The notes under the pieces: model-generated
Databases searched by the model: none
The model's input: the letters and a program-made list of their open reading frames with translations, nothing else
Told to the model about the DNA's origin: nothing
In this document: piece by piece, positions 9,711 through 20,900 of the stretch
How the letters are laid out: every line of letters begins with the position of its first letter
Position numbering within the stretch: position 1 is the stretch's first letter
IMG/VR virus record: IMGVR_UViG_3300021387_000090
Location: 1 to 64,000 of that record
DNA from: a virus
Lineage: Duplodnaviria; Caudoviricetes
DNA length: 64,000 nucleotides
Strand: one strand, 5' to 3'
Made by a program: the position numbers and the translations under genes

Positions 9711-10103
9711 ATGAAATTTACACCGTTAGATACAAAGGAACAAGGAAATTGCAATTTAGATAGAGTGATGATTCTTTTTGGCAATGATAATTGCGTTATT
9801 GAATATATTACCGATTTTAATATTGATTATAATAAATTATCAGAATCTAGTATTTCAATAACTTTTCATGGCATTCATCCACAATTAATTGAAATGCAAA
9901 ATTCAAAGCAACGAATTCATTACATAAAATTTGTGGGACGTTTTACTCCGCTAAAATATTATCAAGAAGCTAAAGGTAGTATTACTCAATCATTCATTCT
10001 TAATATACCGTGTGACATGCAAATTGATAATTTTGAAATTAGTGGTGATATAGATGATGTATGTCCTGAATCTATTATTACTTTTATTGGAGATATGTGG
10101 TAA
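9711..10103 (+). CDS. hypothetical protein
   Basis: AGGAGG RBS. Confidence 0.6.
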   Translation: MKFTPLDTKEQGNCNLDRVMILFGNDNCVIEYITDFNIDYNKLSESSISITFHGIHPQLIEMQNSKQRIHYIKFVGRFTPLKYYQEAKGSITQSFILNIPCDMQIDNFEISGDIDDVCPESIITFIGDMW

Positions 10104-10558
10104 GGTCGGTGAAATATGAAATGAAGACAATTAAATTAGTATTGGATCGTGATGTTATAGATAGATATAATGAGTACTATTTTGAACAACATCCACGAGC
10201 AAAAAAGAAACCTATTGAACAACCTTATCATCCATCAATTAATGTATGGTCAATTCTTCCAAGAATACAAATGAATGCTTTGAAACAAAAATGGAAGGAT
10301 TTTGGAGTTTGGTGGATTAATGATCTTGGATATAATGATATGAAATTAGACAGTTTTGATTTGGTTCAAACTGTCTTTTTTAGTACAAAAAGGCGGCATG
10401 ATACTGATAATACAACGCCTAAATTTTTAGTTGATTCATTTACAGAATCAGGTTTTATAGTAGACGATGATGAAAAGCATTTACATAGTCTTACATTAAA
10501 AACTGGGTATGATAAAGAGAACCCAAGAACTGAACTGGAATTTATTATAGGTAATTGA
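10097..10558 (+). CDS. RusA-like Holliday junction resolvase/endodeoxyribonuclease
   Basis: PSIN, RRHDTDN..PK..VD....G.IVDDD and NPRTE motifs characteristic of the RusA family. Confidence 0.75.
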   Translation: MVRSVKYEMKTIKLVLDRDVIDRYNEYYFEQHPRAKKKPIEQPYHPSINVWSILPRIQMNALKQKWKDFGVWWINDLGYNDMKLDSFDLVQTVFFSTKRRHDTDNTTPKFLVDSFTESGFIVDDDEKHLHSLTLKTGYDKENPRTELEFIIGN

Positions 10559-10577
10559 ACATAAGGAGGAAATTATT

Positions 10578-11198
10578 ATGGCTGATAAAGACAACGAAAA
10601 AATCTATGTTATGGATTTTATTAGGAAATATAACGATTTAAATTCAGAGAAAGCAAAAGAAGCGTACTTCTCTTCTATTTTGAAAGAAAATGTATATGTA
10701 CCATATATTAACAAAATGGCGGTTATTGATACTTTATTGCAATCTGCTCATACAGTAGGTAACAAAGTCATTTATAACACACCAAAGGAATTCCAAATGT
10801 ACACTTTTACTCTTATTTTGACTTATACTAATCTTGATTTTGGTAAGGATGCAAATACCAATAAGATTTTTGACGAATTGAATAAATATGGTTTAATGGA
10901 TAAATTGATCAATGCAATTGGTGAAAAAAACGAAGTTGATGTTAATGAGTTTGCTTCATTGTTTAAGATGGCAAAAGATGATTTTATGATGAATTTTGCT
11001 AAGACAAATTTGGACAATGAAGCTATTGTTAATGCTGTTGGTGCGGGAATTATGCAAGGTATGATGTCAATTATGGATTCTATTAAAACCGCTTTTGAAG
11101 ATCCTGAAACGCAAAAAATACTTAATGAATATTTATCACAGCAAAGAATGGACACTGCTTCTAATGAAGCTGTGAATAAGATTTTATCAATGAATTGA
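10578..11198 (+). CDS. hypothetical protein, possible tail assembly chaperone
   Basis: AAGGAGG RBS; helical; lies upstream of the tape measure. Confidence 0.5.
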   Translation: MADKDNEKIYVMDFIRKYNDLNSEKAKEAYFSSILKENVYVPYINKMAVIDTLLQSAHTVGNKVIYNTPKEFQMYTFTLILTYTNLDFGKDANTNKIFDELNKYGLMDKLINAIGEKNEVDVNEFASLFKMAKDDFMMNFAKTNLDNEAIVNAVGAGIMQGMMSIMDSIKTAFEDPETQKILNEYLSQQRMDTASNEAVNKILSMN

Positions 11199-11248
11199 TT
11201 GCTATTATAATATTTTTTGATAACTTAGCATAAATGCTATGTTTTATA

Positions 11249-11292
11249 AAAACCAGTTGGAAGAGATTCCGCTCCTTCCTTCTGGTTTTTTG
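11249..11292 (+). terminator. terminator-like stem-loop
   Basis: aaaaccag...ctggtttt with an inner ggaag/cttcc stem and a T run. Confidence 0.45.
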
Positions 11293-11335
11293 ATTGTGAA
11301 AGTTGAGCAAACTCAAGAAAGGAGGGCGATTTAAT

Positions 11336-11905
11336 ATGTTAGATACATCGGTACTAATACAGAAGTTAATGCCTATTATTGAAAAAATATGTTCAGAATG
11401 TAATATCGATTTGGCACAATATCAGATGAAATACGCAAAAAAAATTATACGATCATCAATTCGTCAATTTTATGCTGCGTATACTCCGGCATTTTATCAT
11501 AGAAGATATAGTTTATATCAAATGGCTCGTCCTGTAATTGAGGAAGAGCTTTTTTATATTTTATTGGGTGGGGATCTGTCAGGTTTCTCTCATAGAATTG
11601 ATGAAAATTATATTTATGTAAATTCGTTTAAAGAGGGATTTCATGGTGGGGCCATTTCAGGGAAGTATCATCCTAACAAAGGCACACCTTATTGGCGTAC
11701 ACCACATCCTGATTATACAAGTTGGGGGTGGCCAGCTAGTCAAACAACTTCTCCATATAATTATTTGACTACTGAATGGAATAGCTTTTTACAAAAACAT
11801 ACATCAATAGCCCATCGATTAGTAATAACCAAAGTAGTACGAAATTATCAAGCAGAGATAGCTGCAATTATTTATGAGTTTTTAAGACAAGAGGGGGTAG
11901 TTTAA
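11336..11905 (+). CDS. putative neck/tail component
   Basis: GAAAGGAGG RBS before ATG 11336; Y..Y.P..Y.R..L motif seen in siphovirus virion proteins; abuts the tape measure. Confidence 0.5.
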   Translation: MLDTSVLIQKLMPIIEKICSECNIDLAQYQMKYAKKIIRSSIRQFYAAYTPAFYHRRYSLYQMARPVIEEELFYILLGGDLSGFSHRIDENYIYVNSFKEGFHGGAISGKYHPNKGTPYWRTPHPDYTSWGWPASQTTSPYNYLTTEWNSFLQKHTSIAHRLVITKVVRNYQAEIAAIIYEFLRQEGVV

Positions 11906-14900
11906 ATGGCAGAAAAAATAAAAGGAATGGAGCCAGTTTCTGCGAATGAAGTTGGTCGAGCATTGGCAGATATAATCAATCCTGTATTAGCGGATGCTCA
12001 AAAAAGGGGCAAAGGAAAAGCAGAGGTTGAATTAAATATTAAACAAACTACCTCTGGTGGCGATCAAGTAAGAAAAGATTTAAAAAAAACGCAAAAGGCG
12101 CTTGATGAAGTAGCTAAAGCCAGAAAAGCTTTATCAAAAAGTCTTGAAAAAAAATCTGGTTTTGATCGTATTATAAGTTTTGCTTCGCCAGATCAAATTA
12201 AAGAGAGAATTCTTGGTTCGTTAAGCGCATATAATGATCTTCGGTTTAAATATCCAAAACAGAATAAAAAAGACGCACCAAAGTCGCAAATGAGTGCAGT
12301 AGTTACAGATATTTGGAATCAAATTAATTCTTACCAAGCTGTAATGGGCAATTCAAAAACAGCGCTTAGTGATTTATCTGCTTATGTGCAAGAACAAATT
12401 AAAGATGATACTGATATTAAAGAAAAAGATTTATTTGATACTTTCCTTAGAGAAAATTCTAACACGGTACGATCAACAGTCGCACAGTACATAGAGGATT
12501 ATAAAAATGCTTTACTAGTGGGTATTAAAGATGGCGAAAAAACATTGGTTAAATATGTTAAAAACGCCGCAGAAAAGATCAACAGTGATAAAGCAGGAAA
12601 GAAAAATTTTGTTCCAATAGATATTGATCGATTAGAAAAGGATTATTTAGATTTTGATACAGTATTTGAAGATGAAGAAGTAATAAAAGAATTACAGAAA
12701 AACTTGCAAGGTCGAGACGCAGGTAAGTGGACGAATAAAATTATACAAGATGCTGTTACGGCAAGAAAAAATAGAATAGAGCAATTAAAAAAATACTTTA
12801 TTTCAGCTGAAGAAGCGGAAAAGAAAATTGTCAGTTTGATAAAATTGCAGAAAGATCAATCAGAAATTGCCGAAGAACTTACTGCGAAATTTGATGCAGA
12901 GGATATTTCTCAAAAAGAAATAGATGAGATTAACAATCAATTATCTAGCATTGATGAAACAATTAATCAATTATTATCAAATAAATTTAAATACATAGCC
13001 GCTCAATTGGCAATGGGGAATAATAAAATTTTAGAACTTGATAAAGCGACTGACGAGAGTAATGATTATTCATATTCATATTATTTAAAACAGAATTTTA
13101 AAGATATTGGGGAACTTAGAGATTCTATAATTCATGATATATTTGATATTTCACAATTAAAATCTTCTATTTCTGGTAATCAACTCTCACTTTCCGTAAA
13201 AGAAAATGCTTTTTTAATGGACGAAGCAGATTTAGCATTACAAAAATTAAGGGCTGAATTTATCAAGGGTGCGATTCCAGATATAGATTCCTTTGTAAAG
13301 ATTATTCAAAAAGAATATACTACAGAATTCGAAAAAACTTGGAATATTGATAAGAATGGTAAATTCGGTCCGATACATGGTGGAGAAGCGAATGAAGTAT
13401 TTGGGAATTTTAATGAAACGGCTAATTTACAATCTAATTGGCATACTCACAGTACCACGCCCGTGCCCTCAGCTATAACACGAAAAAAAGAGGGGGATTG
13501 GTTTACTTGGTTAAATAAAGCTATTACTTCCAATGAAACTTTTGGGCAAAAAAATGTTATCCCGTATTTTGGTATTAGGGGCAAAGATTATTCGGTAATT
13601 GTAGATTTCAGTGATATAAAGCCTAAAGATAAAGCTGGCCTATATGATGATTTTAAGAAGTTTGAATATCCCGAGGGTGATTGGCGTAAAGATTGGATGG
13701 GTGTTTTAGAGACACAAAAGGATATTTTTAGAAAACGTGGATATGATCCCGAAAAAATAATCCAAGTATTTAAAAACTCTGAATTAGATGCGATGACCAA
13801 TGAATCTATTCAACAGACATTGGATCTTAGTAAAGCTTTAATACAGGCTCGACAAGACGCTCTTAATGCTGTTCAGGTTACTACTAAAGCTATAAAAGAG
13901 CAAAAAGCAGAAGCAAAACCGTCAACTCCCAATCCTTCTACTCAACGTCACTCTCCTTCTTTGCCATCCAAGCCTCAACAAACTCCTGCACCTCAAATAA
14001 AGCAAGAAGCCGAAGCACGACAAGAAAATGCCGAAGCTGCTCGTGAAGAAGCAAAAGCTGTCGAAGAGAGTAATGAGAAAAAATTTGTACCTTATTCTAA
14101 AAAAGATGTTCTTGAAGTTGTTAATTCAAAAAAGGAAAAAGCAAGAAAATTTCCTCAACATATTTTTAAGAAGTACGGGGTTCAAGAGAGTGATAGTTTA
14201 GAGGAAACTTTAGCTAGTTATATTTCTGCTATGGAAGATTATAAAGAAGAACGAGACGAGGAAAACGCAAGATTAATCAAATTAGTAACAACTTCTTATA
14301 ATCAAATAATGCAAAAACAATTTGAAAGCGGTAAAGGAGAAGTACCAAAAGACTTCCCTTTCAAAGATCGAAAATTTGCAGAAGGGGCGGTTACCTATTT
14401 AAATTATCAAAACGCAGAAAAGTACTTTAACGAAGCTATTGAGAATTTGAAGCAACAGATTGAAGCCGCAAAGCAAGCAATTCCTACACCAGAGGAGGTT
14501 CAAGAAGAGGTAAACGCTGTTGTCTCTGATGAGATAAGTACAGTTTCAAATCCTCCTGCTCCCCGAGATATAATGGGGCCATTTCGTGCGCTTACAAAAG
14601 AAATGATTGAGTCCAGATTAGAGCAAATGGATTCAATGTTTGAAGATCCTAACAAAATAATAGAATATTATCATTTGCCTACAAATAAAAAAAATAAAAC
14701 ATATAAAGAAGTTTGGCAACGAGCATTAAAAAAAGTAACTAATTATTTTGATTATGATAAAGAAATTGAAAAATTAATTGAAGATTCTAAAGATTCTACA
14801 AAGGAATATGGAGGTTATGAAGCAGCAAGCTGGGTTATGGATCCTTCATTGCTGACAGAGCGTTTACAATTTCTCAAAGATGAATTAGTTCGAATTAAAT

Positions 14901-17900
14901 ATTTAGAGGAGGTTGTATCTGGTTTTGCGTCTGAATATAAAGCCCTTAATCTCTCTGAAATTACTTCTCTTATTGACGAGCATTCTATTTCAATTCCTGA
15001 TCCAGATGAATTATTTGCTAGTTATGGTGTCACTTCTGAAAATCGATCAATAGAAACTTTACTTGAAGCAGAACAAAAGTTTATTGAAGAAAGAGCAGAA
15101 CAACAAGCTGAAATAGAAAACAAGCTTGTTGAATTGTATAATACTTTAGCTAAAGAGGGTGAAAATCCTTTTGAAGACGCACGTTTTCTTCAACTTGCTG
15201 GGGATTATCAATTTTTCCAAAAGGGTGCTGATCTTTTTATAGAAGAAATTGAACATGTTAGAGAAGAAATTCAGCGTGATGCTGAAATGAGTCGTGAACG
15301 AATTCGTAATGCTATAGATGAACGGTTAAGAGATATTGTTGTTGATGAAGAACAGCCTTCCATTGAGCGTGGTGAATTATTAGAATTAGCAGAACAAAGA
15401 AAACAAGCCACAGAGAACATAGCAATAGAACAAAAAGCGGAGGCAGAGAAACTTGAAAGTAATTCTGCTGTAATTAATCAAGAACGACAAGCCACTGACG
15501 GCTTACGAAATTCTACTAATGCAGCAACTGAAGCTTCTAAACAGCATACTGCTTCAATGGCGCAAGAAGCTGCTCAAGTAGAAAATTTGAAAAATGCCGC
15601 TCAACAAGCTGCCGATTCGATGAAAGGTCTCAACAATGCAAAACAAGAATCGGCTTTTAGTGGTGGAAATGGTGCCGTACCTCCTACAGGTGGAGGTGGT
15701 AGTACCCCTCCTCCTACTTCTCCTCCGCCAACAAACGGTAGTTCTGGTAATGGTCCGAATGGACCAAACGGTCCGTCTAATGAGGATTTAGAAAAATTAT
15801 TAGCGACTATTAATAGTATCACTAATGAATTACGAGAATTGCAACGGCTTGAACAAGAAGCTTCTACCAATCCTCAACCTTTTACAGATTATGCTTTTGA
15901 AATTGAAAAAGCTAAAGAACAATTACGCTTATATAAATTAGAATTAGAAGATTTACTTCAAACAAAATTTCATTCTTCTTCTAATGATCTTTCCGATATA
16001 AATTTCTTAAATCAGTTTTCATATAGTGCTAAACAAAATAGTGCATTTCAAAGCGGTTTAGGTGACATGCAAAAAGCAGGAAGTGATCTTGGTATTACTT
16101 ATATGCAACAAGCCAAAGCAGTATTTACACAATACATAGAAGAATTTCAAAGATACCTTTCTATGATGGAAGGAAATACTACTGGAAACTTTGATGCGTC
16201 ATTAGAAGAACAAAGACAAACGGTTTTACGTTTGCAAAACGCCTATCAATCATTGTATTCTGAAATGCAAAAAATGAGTTCATCGGGAATGGCAAAAATT
16301 GATTTTGCAACCTTTGAGAATGGAATGCAAAGTCTTTTTGATACGGCAAATAAGTTAGAATCTACAGATAGTAAAGAAAAAATAATTGATTCATACATTG
16401 AAAAAATCGCAAGCTTAAGAGAGCAATTTAGGAATATGGGTGATTCTGCCCCTACTGGTTTTATAAGTTCTTTAGATTTAATGAAATCAGAATTGCAAAG
16501 TTTAAAAGAACAAATACAGCAAGGAACCATTACTTGGAATGAATTTCATAAAGCAATGATGTCTGGTGGATATTCTACCGATTTAGGTAAAATGGATAGT
16601 TTTCTTAATATCCAACCAATTATTGATCAATTTGAGGGCGTAGCTAATGATCGTATTCCTGAATTTACCAAAGAGTTAGAAAGTTTAAAGCAAAAGTTTG
16701 CAGAACTTATGAGTACTACCGATCCTAAACGAATAAAGGAATTAAGCAATGAAATGCTTGGATTGGTAAAACAACTTACTGATTTGGACAAAATAATTGT
16801 TCATGATACTGGTAAAGGGACTTTATTTGACGTAGGCCAAATTAAATCTATTGATGATATGCGTCAAAAGATGGATGCTTTTGCTCAAAGTGCTAAGTTA
16901 GGTAGTTTACAGAGCCAAAAATTATCAACAGATGGTAAAACCTTAACTAGAATTTATCAAGATGCCTCTGGAAGAGTGTATGAGCTTAAAGGAAGAATTG
17001 ATGAAGAAACGCAAGCTTGGAGAGCAAATTTACAGACAAAATCTAATGTAAATAATTTTTTAAAAGGATTTAGTTCTAGTTTTGTGGGATTGGCTAAAAA
17101 TTTGACAATGTTTGTGTCTGTTGGACGTTTGGCGATGAAAGTGCGTCAAGAGTTTTCTAAAGGATTAAATACTTTTAAAGAATATGATAAAACATTAACT
17201 CAAATTAGTTATACAATGAATTTAACTAAATCTGAATTAAGTGATCTTGGTCAATCTGCAGTTAATATGGCTAAAGATTTATCTATGTCATTATCTAATG
17301 CCGAGGCAGTGTTTCAGATTTATGCTAACATGAATACAACGGCTGAAGAAATTCAGAAAACAGCTAAACCTACAGTAATTTTAAGTAACTTATCTGGCGT
17401 TGATGCATCTAAAGCTGCTGATGAAGTTCAGGGTATTTTACAACAGTTTAATATGCTGAAGGACTCTGAAGAAGATGTAGCAGATGTTTCTATGCATATT
17501 GTTGACGTTTTAGATAATATTTCTGCCAATGTCGCAATGGACTACGCCAAGGGAATTGATGTAATTACTCAAGCTGTTACTGCAACGGGTCAGGTAGCCT
17601 ATGATGCTGGCATGTCGTTTGAACAATTAGCCGCTATTTCTGCTAAAGTTGCAGAACGTACTCGTGAAGATGGTTCTACTATTGGCAATGCTTTAAAAAC
17701 AATTATTACTCGTACTTCTAAAGTTGGTAAAATGCCACAGTATTCTGATGAAGTTGATAATGAAACTTTGTCAAAAGCGTCAGAATCTTTATCTGCTGTT
17801 GGTATTAAAGTATATGAAGCCAATGGTGAAATGCGAAGTATGATTGATATTCTTAGTGATCTTCGTGAAAAGTGGGACGGCTTAAGCGATGCTCAGAAAA

Positions 17901-20900
17901 GTAATATTGCTTTTAATATTGCCGCTACTAGACAAACTTCTAAATTTAAGAATATTCTTGAAGCATGGAATGATGCCATGTCTCTTGCCAAAGAAGCAAC
18001 TACGGCACAAGGCAATGCATTAGCAAATCAGGAAAAATTTCAAGAATCTTTTGCAGGAAAGACTCAAGAAATCCGTACTCAGATGGACGCATTTTGGATT
18101 AATTTCTTTAATTCAGATGCCGTTGATAATATATTGGATTTTGTAATTAATCTTACTGAAGCTTTTAATGGATTAGCAGATGCTATTTCTCCTGTTGGTG
18201 CTTTATTAACTACTGTTTTTGGTGGAATAGTAGTTAAAAGTATTAGTAGTGGTCTTTATCAAGGTATCATTGGTGCTTTTGGTGCTTCTGGATTAAAAAA
18301 AGCAATAATTAAAGCTTTTGCAAGCTTTAAATTTAATTCTTTGTTAAAACAAGGAATGGACGATGGTACAATTGAACAAACAATGAAAAATAGGTTTTCT
18401 AGTTTGGGATTAGCAAATTATACTAAAGCGACTTTACAAGCAGAATTAGCAGGAAAATCTTTGTTAAAGACATTGGGATTAACTGCACTTGGTATTGCGG
18501 CTGTTACTGCGGGTGTTTATCTTGGGGTGAAGGCATATCAAAGATTCGGTATGTCAACAGATCTTATTATTAAACGTAATAATAAACTAATTGAATCACA
18601 GAAGAAAATTGCCAAACAACATCAAGAAGTTATAGATGAAAACAATAAAAATGCTGATTCTTTACAAAATTTATTAGAAAAATATGAAGAAGCTGAAATT
18701 GGTTCTCAAGATTATTATAATATTCGTGCGCAAATTGCTGAACAATTTCCGAATTTAATTACTGGATACGATTCTGAAGGTAGGGCTATTATTGCTAATA
18801 CTGAATTAATTCGTCAACAAATTGAAGCATATCGAAACTTGTCTGTAGCCGAGCAAGAAGCAATGAGAGAAGAAGCGGGGGAAAATATTGATAAGGCTAT
18901 CAATGGTGAAAAAACAGGCTTTTGGATGTTTGGCACTGGTGATAATGGTGTTAAAACACTTATTGCACAAAGAAACAAGGATATTGCAAGTTTAAAGGAA
19001 CTTGATGACACTGAGGAAAAGTGGCAAAAAGATCATGATCGTCTTATAAGAGAGATGAACGATACCACTCTTTCTATGAGAGATCGTACTAGGGCTAGAG
19101 AAGAATACGAGATGTTGGGGCCGTCACCCAAAGAGGCAAATGATCTCTTACGAGAAGGGTATCAAAGTTCAATAAAAGAAGCTAATACACAGTTATCCAC
19201 TTTACATTCCTATTTTAAAAGCCAATATGCATTAATTGCAGGTGATTTATCAGATCTTTCTACTGATCAAATCAGTGCTATGGATCAATTAGAACAATTG
19301 ATGTCTCGTTATTTTGAGAATGGATCTGATTTTTCTGATGCCGCTGATAGTATTAAGCATATGGGTGATATGCAAGCAAAAAATTTGTCTGACTTAATTT
19401 CATCTTTATTAACTCCAGATTTATCAAACATTAATGTTCAAGAATATAAAGAAGTTATGGAAGAAAGACTCCAAAGCGTCTATTCATTACTTCAAAAATA
19501 TATGAATGCAGATGATTATGCTGAATTAGTATATCAAATGGACATAAATGGTGGTGCAGAGCGTATAGAGCAACAAATTGAAAGCATTGTTTCGAATGTA
19601 AATTATCAAAACATCGCCCAAAAATTAGGAATTAATTTGGAAGAAGTTTTAAATGGATTAAATGTTAAAGAATTAAATATATTTGATCCAGATGCTTTCT
19701 TTTCAGAACAAGTACAAAGACAAATTTATTCTAAATGGGGAAATGTTATTAAGAATCTTAATAATGTTACTCTCCTTAGTTTACAAGACATAGATTGGAA
19801 CTCAATTTTAGCTTCTGCGGGTTCATATGCTAATATTGCTGACATTGCTAATCAAATAATTAGTACGGGTATATTGGGCGATCCAGAAAAGATAACTATT
19901 CCTATACAAGCAGCTATTGATAAAATGGCTGAATGGGGTTGGATTGTTGATGATACTGCCGAGGGGATTAAAAATCAGTTTGATTTAATACAATCTTCTA
20001 TCTCAGAATCTCTTAGTAATCTTTCAAAATCTTATGATATTTATAATACAGCTATAACTGAATCAAATAAAAACGGTTATCTATCTCAAGAAACGTATTC
20101 AGAATTAATAGCAAGAAATGCTGAATATGCAGACGCTATCACTGAAACTGCTTCTGGGCTTACTTTGGATACTAAAAAAATGAGAAACCTCAATCGTGAG
20201 GAAAAGAAAGGTATTCAAAAAAAGCTTACTAAAGAAAGAATTGATCTTGCTAACCAATATGATAAGAATACAAAGAAAATCGAAGAATACAGCAAAGAAT
20301 TAGTCAAAGCCCAAACCGAAGAACGCAAGAATGAGTTAACAAATTTTATTAATAATTTACTCGATTCTAATAGTGCTATTGAATCTAACATCGGCTCTTT
20401 AAGAGATCTGCAAAATCAATTGAATGCTACTGGTACAGCATGGGATGAGTGGCAAAAGGCTCAAAATTCTGGAAACCCCTCTGATAGATATTTTGAAGCA
20501 GGAAAAGGATTTGATGCTTGGGAAGAACTGCGTAAAAAAGGGTTAACAGGTACTGATGATTATCAGAGTTTCGTAAGATTACTCACTGGATTGGAAAATG
20601 AAGAAACTGTTACTTCTAAAGAGACTGCAAAATTTATGGAGTATCTTAACAAACGGTATTTTACCGAAGATCGTAGTGGGTTACAGAATCTTTATGATGA
20701 TATTGAAGCAGTTTATAAAGAAAACGGTTTAGAGTCATTAATTCTTGAGAACGGCGAACTTGATATTACTAATACCAAAATGATTGCCAAATTATTATCA
20801 GAGAAATACCAAAAAAAATATGGTAAGAACTCTGGTCTTACGGCTGAAGCTTTAGAAATATTGCTTGGAGCTGGCTCTGATTTTAATATGGGTGATCCTT

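Noticed and set aside
10578-11905. Lambda G/GT-type tail chaperone frameshift
   Set aside because: The ORFs are separated by more than 100 nt containing stops and a terminator-like stem; no slippery site was seen.
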